From NCBI GenBank assembly GCA_030390025.1, contig JASTWF010000365.1:310001-374000 (forward strand): a DNA stretch of 64,000 nucleotides, read 5' to 3'. Shown piece by piece: positions 32,626-41,900 of this stretch. Both the position numbers and the translations under genes were made by a program. The DNA comes from Squalus acanthias (taxonomy: Eukaryota). The notes beneath the pieces are model-generated. The model was not told where the DNA came from. It did not search any database and worked only from the letters and a program-made list of their open reading frames with translations. Position 1 is the first letter of the stretch, and the number at the start of each line of letters is the position of its first letter.

Positions 32626-33155
32626 CACATCGAATTACATGGAATATACGGCACAGAAACAGGCCATTCGGCCCAACCAGTCCGTGCCGGCGTTTATGCT
32701 CCACTCGAGCCTCCTCCCATCTTTCCTCATCTAACCCTATCAGCGTAACCCTCTATTCCCTCATATGCTTATCTAACCGCCCCTTAAATGCATCTATACT
32801 ATTCGCCTCAACCACTCTCTGTGGTAGCGTACGATACGAGACTCCCAAAACAAGTGCTCTACTCGGAGCTCCGACACAGCAAGAGAGCCCCAGGTGGGCA
32901 GAGGAAATGCTTCAAGGACACCCTCAAAGCCTCCTTGAAAATGTGTAACTTCCCCACCGACACCTGGGAATCCCTGGCCCCAAGACCGCACAAAGTGGAG
33001 GAGAAGCATCCGGGAAGGCGCCGAACACCTCGAGTCTCTTCGCCGGGAGCAAGCGGAAGCCAAGCACAAACAGCGGAAGGAGTGCACGTCAACCCAAGCA
33101 CCCCACACCCACCCGCCCCTTCAACCACCATCTGCCCCACCTGTGACAGAGACTG

Positions 33156-33370
33156 TGTCATAAATCGCAAGTAACAACTCAGGAAGTACTACTGGGCGGC
33201 CAGCTGGGGCGCCGTCCAGGGAGTATAAATACTCAGGCATGGGCCCACCTTGGGCAGAGACAATCTGGAAACAGGAAGCTAGTGACTGCTAACTAGACCT
33301 CCATGTTTTGTTACAAGTTGATTGAAGCCTTGCTTTATGTTCAAGTGCGTAGTGAGTCTTTATTACGTCA
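33156..33370 (+). repeat. Gypsy 5' LTR (215 bp)
   Basis: TGTCATAAAT...TTACGTCA; TATAAA 33224-33229; poly(A)-signal position reads ATTGAA (33321-33326). Confidence 0.95.
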
Positions 33371-33470
33371 ATTTAATCAACTTGATATCGTCTCCACGCT
33401 TTGGGTGATTTGGAACAACCAGCTGCAACTCGAACCACAGAAGGGAACTAGGGCAAGAAACTGATCCATC

Positions 33471-34871
33471 ATGGAAAAACTCCTTAGACCCGCTCGTCTC
33501 GACCTGGACCCGAATGCACCTGCGGCAGCGAAGGTATGGAAGCATTGGTTTCGTACCTTTAGCAACTTTCTTGAAGAATGTGGGGCGGATGTCCCTAATA
33601 AGTTACGAATGCTTATCAACTACGAGTCTCCTCATGTGTATGATTATATTGAGGACTGTATAGACTATGACACTGCTATCGAAATCTTACAGCAGCTATA
33701 TGTCAAGTCCCCAAATGAAATCTTTGCTCGACACCTACTGGCCACAACTCGGCAGCAGCCTGGGGAATCACTCGATGAATTTCTCCAGAAACTTCGCAGG
33801 CTCAGCAAGGATTGTAACCTTAAAACAGTTACAGCTGAACAGTATCAAGAGGAACTAATCCGCGATTCCTTTATCAATGGGATCGCGTCCCCTTTTATAC
33901 GTCAGCGCCTGCTGGAAAATAAAACCCTCAATTTACGGGCTGCTTATGACCAGGCGTGTTCCTTGGACTTGGCCAAGAAAAATGCAGACACTTATCTCCC
34001 ACCACGTGCACAGGCGGCGGCTATCTCCTTTAATGAGTCTTTCGGTAGGTCTCGGGCGGATGCCCCCACTGATGTCGACTCTACTCTAACAGACGACGAC
34101 CCTACCCTAGAGGCCTTCGCTGATGACGACCCCGCCCTAGCAGCATCCTGGCAATCAGGAAGAAAGTGTTTCTTTTGTGGAGGGGCGTGCCATCACAGAA
34201 AATTTTGCCCGGCTCGTAATGTGACCTGCAATCATTGCAGCAAGAAAGGACACTTTTCCAAGGTATGCCAGTCACGGGCCTTTGCTAACAAGAAAGGCCG
34301 CTCCTCTAAAGTATACCGGTCGAGAGCTCCTGTTAGCTTCACAGCTGCTATCTATGGAGCTGCTCCTCCCCCAAGAACTACTGTTAAGGCTACAGTTGCC
34401 GAAGGGAAAATTGCCCCTCCTCCCATCACGGCTGTTTTTCCCCAAAGTTTGTCCCATGCAGCCACGAAGGTTTCAGTAAATGGGCACACTCTAAGCGCGC
34501 TAATCGACTCCTGCAGCTCTGACAGCTTCATTAGTAAGCGGGCTGTCAACAGGTTAAAACTGCACATTTATCCCTCGGACAGGGAGATTGCAATGGCTCT
34601 GACGACTCTGACCACCAATTCTTCTGGCTTCTGTCTGGTCAACCTCATCCTCAACGGCCGCACGTATCTCTCCACGCGGCTCGGAGTACTCGCAAACTTA
34701 TGCAGCGATGTGCTTCTGGGACAGGACTTCCAGAAGCAGCACAAGAAGATCACTTTTGAGTTTGGAGGGTCAAGGCCGGAGCTTACCATTTCTAAGGTGC
34801 CGTTTTGTGCACTCTCGGCGGCCTTACTCGGTGAACCCTCCCTGTTTGCCAATCTTCCCCCCCCGCTGTAA
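33471..34871 (+). CDS. gag: Gypsy Gag + aspartic protease (first part of a disrupted polyprotein)
   Basis: RQQPGESLDEFLQKL capsid-like motif; knuckles CFFCGGACHHRKFC and CNHCSKKGHFSKVC; protease LIDSCSSDSFI and DVLLGQDF. Confidence 0.9.
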   Translation: MEKLLRPARLDLDPNAPAAAKVWKHWFRTFSNFLEECGADVPNKLRMLINYESPHVYDYIEDCIDYDTAIEILQQLYVKSPNEIFARHLLATTRQQPGESLDEFLQKLRRLSKDCNLKTVTAEQYQEELIRDSFINGIASPFIRQRLLENKTLNLRAAYDQACSLDLAKKNADTYLPPRAQAAAISFNESFGRSRADAPTDVDSTLTDDDPTLEAFADDDPALAASWQSGRKCFFCGGACHHRKFCPARNVTCNHCSKKGHFSKVCQSRAFANKKGRSSKVYRSRAPVSFTAAIYGAAPPPRTTVKATVAEGKIAPPPITAVFPQSLSHAATKVSVNGHTLSALIDSCSSDSFISKRAVNRLKLHIYPSDREIAMALTTLTTNSSGFCLVNLILNGRTYLSTRLGVLANLCSDVLLGQDFQKQHKKITFEFGGSRPELTISKVPFCALSAALLGEPSLFANLPPPL

Positions 34872-35817
34872 ACCCATAGCCACCAAATCGCGGCGCTTTA
34901 GCCAAGACGATCGAGCGTTTATTGAGGCGGAAATCTCTCGCCTTTTAGTCGACGGTATTATCGAGCCATGTTCATCTCCCTGGCGGGCTCAGGTCGTCAT
35001 CGTGAGGAATCCCTTAAAACAACATAAAAAACGTCTGTGTATCGATTATTCGCAGACTATTAATCTATATACCGATCTGGATGCCTACCCGCTGCCACGC
35101 ATAGATGACATGGTCAACAACCTTGCCAAATACAAGGTATTCTCGACCTTCGATTTAAAAAGCGCGTACCATCAGGTGCCACTGCAAGACTCCGACAAGA
35201 AGTATACGACCTTTGAGGCCAATGGTCGGCTTTTCCAGTTTCGCCGCCTTCCATTCGGGGTCACCAATGGGGTGGCCGTCTTCCAACGGGCCATGGATGG
35301 CCTAGTCCGGCAAGAGAACTTGACGGATACCTTTCCGTATTTAGACAATATCACTATTGCCGGCCATGATCAAAAGGAGCATGACGCCAATCTTCAGAGA
35401 TTTTTTGACGTACTCCGCCGTTGCCACTTAACGTTAAACGAATCCAAATCGGTGAAGTCGGTGCCATCGGTGAACATTCTTGGCTACTGGGTGGGCAACG
35501 GTGTTATTAAACCGGACCCAGAGCGACTTCGTCCACTTCAGGAGCTCCCTCCCCCGACGAACCTCGGCTCTCTTCGTCGGGCACTTGGCATGTTTGCTTA
35601 TTACGCAAAATGGATACCACACTTCTCCGATAAAATACAGCCCCTGCTCCATGCGAAGTCTTTTCCATTGGAAGCTACGGCTATTTCTGCCTTCAACCTC
35701 CTCAAACGACAGCTGGAGGAAGCCACGCTTCGCTACATTGACGATAATCTTCCTTTTGTGGTCGAATGCGATGCATCGGAGGTGGCGATCTCCGCTACCT
35801 TGAATCAAGGTGGCTGA
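34865..35817 (+). pseudogene. pol: Gypsy reverse transcriptase and start of RNase H (+1 frame relative to gag; ends at a premature TGA)
   Basis: SPWRAQVV, RLCIDY, DAYPLPRIDD, FSTFDLKSAYHQV, RLPFGVTNG, YLDN, ECDAS; C8 run 34857-34864 shifts the frame; TGA at 35815-35817. Confidence 0.9.
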
Positions 35818-37413
35818 CCCGTGGCATTCCTATCCAGAACCTTGCAGGGTAGCGAGCTCCATTACCCCCCCGTCGAGAAGGAGGCTACGGCCATCATCGA
35901 GGCTGTACGCCAATGGGGTCATTTTCTTGCTCGGCGTCATTTTACGCTTATAACTGACCAGCGCTCTGTGGCCTTCATGTTGGATAACCGGAGGCGCACG
36001 AAAATCAAAAATAATAAAATTCAACTCTGGAGGATGGAGCTGGCTGCCTTTGGATATACTATTTGTTACCGACCCGGCAAACAGAACGTGGCCCCAGATA
36101 CCTTCACACGGGCATTTTGCTCCTCAATGTCAACGTCGACTCTGGCGGATTTGCATATGGACTTATGCCATCCTGGTGTGACCCGCATGTTGCACTTTGT
36201 GCGCTCCAAAAATCTACCATTTTCAACCGAGGACGTAAAGAAAACATGCTCCTCCTGTAGGATTTGTGCAGAATTGAAACCACAATTCTTTCGCCCATCA
36301 GATGGCTTACTCATACATGCAATGCAGCCTATGCAGAGGCTCAGCATAGACTTTAAAGGGCCATTGCCTTCGTCGACAAGGAACACCTACCTACTTACGA
36401 TGGTGGACGAGTATTCACGCTTTCCCTTCGCCTTCCCCTGCCCTAATATGCTTACCTCTACGGTAATTAAATGCCTCGATCAGGTCTTTTCCCTTTGCGG
36501 GGCGGCCAATTTTATCCACACTGATCGAGGTCCCTCCTTTATGTCGAGTGAACTTAAAAGTTATCTCTCCCAACGGGGAATCGCCTCAAGTAGGACGACA
36601 CCATATCACCCAATCGGTAACGGACAGGTTGAACGATACAATGCCATCATCTGGAACGCTGTCCGTCTGGCACTAAGGTCACGCAACCTGCCGGACCAGC
36701 AGTGGGAAACGGTGCTCCCCGACGCGTTACACTCTATCAGGTCTCTTCTCTCCACATCTACTAATGTCACGCCTCATGAGCGATTCTTCAAATTCCGGCG
36801 TCGCTCTACACATGGGACATCTCTACCGTCATGGTTGGTGGCTCCAGGCCCGGTGCTACTCCGGAGGTTCGTCCGGTCTGCCAAAAACGACCCTCTCGTT
36901 GACGAAGTGGAGTTAACGGAGGTAAACCCCACGTATGCGCAGGTACGGTACCCTGATGGCCGGGAGACCACCGTCTCGCTCCGAGATCTGGCTCCCTGCC
37001 CAACCGGTCACACGGGCCCGAATGATGAAGGATCCCCCGACAATGATATCAACACTCCGCACCCCTATGAAAATGACGCCCCGCCTGGGACATCGGGGGA
37101 TCTGCCGGCAACGCTACCGGATCAACTCAGGGAGCTGGACGCTCCCCGTAGGATGGCCACCCGAAACCAGGACGCCGGACAATCTCCAGCCACGACCCGG
37201 GATGAGGCCAGCTCAGCACCTGTGGGGACCCGCACCCGGAGTCATGATATTCCCAGTCCTCCACAGGATGATCAAGATGACGCGGACTCTACTGACTTAC
37301 CGGTACGGGCCAAGCGACCCAGGGACCAGGACACGATCCGGGGAGACGTGCCTTCCAGTCACAAGCAGAGAGCTAAACGTCTACGGCTATTTCTGGTCCG
37401 CCTAGTCCGTTAA
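35818..37413 (+). pseudogene. pol: Gypsy RNase H remainder + integrase
   Basis: VEKEATAI, LITDQRS; HHCC (H..CHPG..CRIC); DDE motifs IDFKGP, HTDRG, GQVERYN; long low-complexity C-terminus. Confidence 0.9.
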
Positions 37414-37451
37414 AGGAAGACTGGACTTCCAAACCTTTTAGGGAGGAAGAA

Positions 37452-37666
37452 TGTCATAAATCGCAAGTAACAACTCAGGAAGTACTACTGGGCGGCCAGC
37501 TGGGGCGCCGTCCAGGGAGTATAAATACTCAGGCATGGGCCCACCTTGGGCAGAGACAATCTGGAAACAGGAAGCTAGTGACTGCTAACTAGACCGCCAT
37601 GTTTTGTTACAAGTTGATTAAAGCCTTGCTTTATGTTCAAGTGCGTAGTGAGTCTTTATTACGTCA
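37452..37666 (+). repeat. Gypsy 3' LTR (215 bp)
   Basis: Differs from the 5' LTR at 2 positions by eye; carries an intact ATTAAA. Confidence 0.95.
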
Positions 37667-37804
37667 GACTGTAGGTCCCGCATTGGACTCAGCAGTCACC
37701 TGAGAACAAATTTTTAGTGTGGAAGCAAGTCATCCTCGGTTCCGAGGGACTGCCTAAGAAGAAGGTAGCGAGTTCCACATTCTCACCGCTCTCTGGGTAG
37801 AATC

Positions 37805-38310
37805 CAAGAATCATAGAATGGTTACAGCACAGAAGGAGGCCATTCGGCCCGTCGAGCCCGTGCCGGCTCTCTGCAAGAGCACTTCAGCCAGTCCCACTCC
37901 TCCGCCCTTTCCCCGTAGCCCTGCAAATTTATTTCCTTCAGGTACTTATCCAACTCCCTTTTGAAAGCCACGGTTGAATCTGCCTCCACCACCCTTTCAG
38001 GCAGCGCATTCCAGATCCTCACCACTCGCTGTGTAAAAAGATTTTCCTCATGTCGCCTTTGGTTCTTCTGCCAATCACCTTCAATCTGTGCCCTCTGGTT
38101 CTCCACCCTTCCACCAATGGGAACAGTTTCTCTCTATCTACTCTGCCCAGACCCCTCATGATTTTGAACACCTCGATCAAATCTCCTCTCAACCTTCTCT
38201 GCTCCAAGGAGAACAACTCCCAGCTTCTCCAGTCTCTCCACATCACTGAAGTCCCTCATCCCTGGAACCATTCTTGTAAATCTTTTCTGCCCCCTCTCTA
38301 AGGCCTTCAC
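37805..38310 (-). mobile_element. CR1 LINE 3' fragment
   Basis: LFSLEQRRLRGDLIEVFKIMRG..VDREKLFPL..TRGHRLK and FTQRVVRIWNALPERVVEA. Confidence 0.88.
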
Positions 38311-38459
38311 TTCACTATTTATTTGATGTGTTAGTGGCTATCTTAGATATATATATGTATGGCCCCTTGTGTTGGACTCAGACTACCCAAATCGACACCT
38401 TCATAATTTTCAAGACCTCTACCAGGATTTCACTTATGTTTTGTTTACCCCCCCACCCA

Positions 38460-38905
38460 CCACCTTGGTTCGGCCCCAGCTGGGGTATTGTCTCCAATTC
38501 TGGGCACAACTTCAGGAAGGATGTCCAGGCCTTGGGGAGGGTACGGAGGAGATTGACCAGAATGGTTCCAGGGATGAGGGACTTCAGTTATCTGGAGAGA
38601 CTGGAGAAGCTGGGGTTGTTCTCCTTCGACCAGAGAAGGTTAAGAGGAGATTTAATTGAGGTGTTCAAAATTATGAGGGGTTTTGATAGAGTAAATAAGG
38701 AGAAACTGTTTCCACTGGGCAGGAGGGTCGATAACCAGAGGACACAGATTGAAGATAATCGGTAAAAGAACCAGAGGGGAGATGAGGAGAATTGTTTTTA
38801 CGCAGCGAGTTGTTGTGATCTGGAACGCGCTGCCTGAAAGGGTGGTGGAGGCAGATTCAATAGTAACGTTCAAAATGGAATTGGATAAATACTTGAAGGG
38901 GAAAA
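38460..38905 (+). mobile_element. CR1 LINE fragment lacking its 3' tail, abutting satellite B
   Basis: LVRPQLGYCLQFW, SYLERLEKLGLFSF, RRLRGDLIEVFKIM, FTQRVVVIWNALPERVVEA. Confidence 0.88.
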
Positions 38906-38914
38906 TGATGTGTC

Positions 38915-41900
38915 CCAGAGTCTGTACCTGTGGAACCGTACGCAAAACAGAGTTACAAGTGGAACTGTACCCCAGAAAGAGTCGCTACCTGTGGAACTAT
39001 ACCCCAGTGAGAGTCAGTATCTGTGGAACTGTATCCCAGTGAGAGTCAGTGTCTGTGGAACCCGTACCCCAGTGAGAGTCAGTGTCTGTGGAACCCGTAC
39101 CCCAGTGAGAGTCAGGGTCAGTGGAACCCGTACCCCAGTGAGAGTCAGTGTGTGTGGAACCCGTACCCCAGTGAGAGTCAGTGTCAGTGGAACCCGTACC
39201 CCAGTGAGAGTCAGTGTGTGTGGAACCCGTACCCCAGTGAGAGTCAGTGTGTGTGGAACCCGTACCCCAGTGAGAGTCAGTGTGGGTGGAAACCGTACCC
39301 CAGTGAGAGTCAGTGTGTGTGGAACCCGTACCACAGTGAGAGTCAGTGTGTGTGGAACCCATACCCCAGTGAGAGTCAGTGTGTGTGGAACCCGTACCCC
39401 AGTGAGAGTCAGTGTGTGTGGAACCCATACCCCAGTGAGAGTCAGTGTGTGTGGAACTCTACCCCAGTGAGAGTCAGTGTGTGTGGAACCCGTACCCCAG
39501 TGAGAGTCAGTGTGTGTGGAACCCGTACCCCAGTGAGAGTCAGTGTGTGTGGAAACCCTACCCCAGTGAGAGTCAGTGTGTGTGGAACTCTACCCCAGTG
39601 AGAGTCAGTATCTGTGGAACCCGTACCCCAGTGAGAGTCAGTGTGTGTGGAACCCGTAACCAAGTGAGAGTCAGTGTCTGTGGAACCCCTACCCCAGTGA
39701 GAGTCAGTGTGTGTGGAACCCGTACCCCAGTGAGAGTCAGTGTCTGTGGAACTGTATCCCAGTGAGAGCCAGTGTGTGTGGAACCCGTACCCCAGTGAGA
39801 GTCAGTGTGTGTGGAACCCCTACCCCAGTGAGAGTCAGTGTGTGTGGAACCCGTACCCCAGTGAGAGTCAGTGTCTGTGGAACTGTATCCCAGTGAGAGT
39901 CAGTGTGTGTGGAACCCCTACCCCAGTGAGAGTCAGTGTGTGTGGAACCCGTACCCCAGTGAGAGTCAGTGTCTGTGGAACTGTATCCCAGTGAGAGTCA
40001 GTGTCTGTGGAACCCGTACCCCAGTGAGAGTCAGTGTGTGTGGAACCCCTACCCCAGTGAGAGTCAGTGTGTGTGGAACCCGTACCCCAGTGAGAGTCAG
40101 TGTGTGTGGAACTGTATCCCAGTGAGAGTCAGTGTGTGTGGAACCTGTAAAATTCGCAAATTATCACGATTTCGAAATAACGAGAAAGAGAGATACAGAT
40201 TAGTTAAAACAGTTTTATTTTCAGCGAAATGCTGTCATGTTTCAAAACGGACACAAGAAGCCTGTAAAATGGCCGCCGCGCCTCGTGGCAGAAGTATCTG
40301 GACTTTTCAGTAGGCAGACAAGATGGCGTTCCAATAAACATTTCAGCAAGATCGGATAATACTCAGCATACATTGGTATAAGGCAGGACGCGATCGATGT
40401 GCATTTACAAGAAATATAAGTGCTGGAAGCGTTTTCCAGGCACAGGCAAGAGACTATTGTACTGGGCAATCAGAGGCCCATCCAAAGACATTAATACGCA
40501 AATTCCCCGCAGCTCTACGATGAGAGAGCCATTTGCGGGTACTTACACAAATATTTCGGAGGCCCCCAAAACCCCGCCAGGGAGGCTCCTAGCCAGTTCC
40601 ACAATGGGAGACACATTAACGGGTGTTTGGCCAGTTACAAGTATCACCGAAACCCATTACAAACAAGAATCACCCCATACAAGAAGTTTGAGCGCCAAAA
40701 TATTACAAAAGATGAACATTAAGATTGGGCGGGAGATAAGGAATTACAGTACTATAACTGTAGTGAACAAACGTCCATCTTTCTCTTGACTCTCTGATTC
40801 CTGACGACTCTCATCGCTTATGCTCTTGCCGTCCATCGAGCTGGCGTTCTCCGGGCTCTCGTTCCGCTGATCCTTTCTGGAGTCGACCTCGTGGCTTGCC
40901 GCGAAGATCTGTGAAGAGCTGGACTGCGAAGGCCGATAAGCGGGTGCACCATCCCGAGGGTCGGTAAACGGTGTTTTGGACTTGAAAGCCCGACGAAACA
41001 AGACAAGAAGAAGAAGGAGACGACTACACGTGTCGCCGCGGTCAGTAAACCCCGACCGCGCCCGAAAATATATTGAACATTTTTGAACTCTATAGGTTAC
41101 TACACGAATTGGCCCAAGAAGACTTTTCTTCGAGTTCTACCGACAACCGGTGTCGGCACAGGAAGACTCTTCTTCGAGTTTTATCAGGAGTCCGAGGTCA
41201 ACCCAGTTCTTCATGACAACAGACGTTCTAGCCTGCTAGCCGGAGCAGAGCGAGTAAACAAGTGGGGTACAGAGACCCCTGATCAACACGTGAATAGTCA
41301 GGTGCTGCGGTAAAAACAGCCGAGTACCGTTGTAGAATTCTCCGAGGTGTCACGAGTGGTGAGCATGTTTCCTGATCCTACAGATCTAGATTAGAGCAGG
41401 CATTGATAGGGGAGGGTGGTTTTTTAATAAGGATAATTATAATGTGTGCCCCCTTTTACGATGTGTCGTGCGCTCCTCGTTTCCCTAAACTTAGTTTTAT
41501 AAATGTATGTAAGCTTGTACTGTCATTAATCTGTGCTTATGACATGTATTTCGTAATTTTGAACAATATGCAATAAAGATTTCCATTTTGTACTATTCAA
41601 CCGGGTCTACCTGAGTTTTCTCTGCATTACTGCTCTCGCACCTAAGTCCAGTGTCAGAACCGTAAGGGCGAGTGGGTCGAACCACTCACAGGTGTTTAGT
41701 GCTACAAGGCTGGCTGGAGACCAGAGCAAGCAATAAGGTCAAACTCCGCACAAGCACCTAGAAGCACAGCACGAGCAGACCCCTTACAAACCCCTATCCC
41801 AGTGAGAGTCAGTGTGTGTGGAACCCGTACCCCAGTGAGAGTCAGTGTCAGTGGAACCCGTACCCCAGTGAGAGTCAGTGTCTGTGGAACTGTATCCCAG

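Larger units (their letters stand above)
33156..37666 (+). mobile_element. Full-length Ty3/Gypsy LTR retrotransposon (Mag-like), 4511 bp, TSD GACTG
   Basis: LTRs 33156-33370 and 37452-37666 (TG..CA); GACTG at 33151-33155 and 37667-37671; domain order gag-PR-RT-RH-IN; PPT AGGGAGGAAGAA 37440-37451. Mag-like call rests on the double Cys knuckle and 5-bp TSD (inference). Confidence 0.95.
32830..37763 (+). mobile_element. 5'-truncated RTE-clade LINE split by the Gypsy element (parts 32830-33155 and 37667-37763); TSD GGTAGCG
   Basis: DTRLPKQVLYSEL..GGQRKCFKDTLK and C-terminal CPTCDRDC|RSRIGLSSHLR rejoin across the Gypsy; (AAG)n tail; GGTAGCG at 32823-32829 and 37764-37770. Confidence 0.85.
32630..37800 (-). 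mobile_element. CR1-type 3' tail element split by the RTE insertion (parts ~32630-32829 and 37764-37800)
   Basis: GGCCATTCGGCCC..TTTATGCTCCAC..CAACCACTCTCTGTGGTAGCG continues as GGTAGCGAGTTCCACATTCTCACC at 37764. Confidence 0.75.

Noticed and set aside
34851..34871. Programmed +1 frameshift at CTT CCC CCC C
   Set aside because: It falls after the protease rather than at a gag/pol border; a single homopolymer insertion is the simpler explanation.
40397..41313. Short ORFs inside the solo LTR (130, 85, 76 aa)
   Set aside because: No recognisable domain; lengths are compatible with chance.
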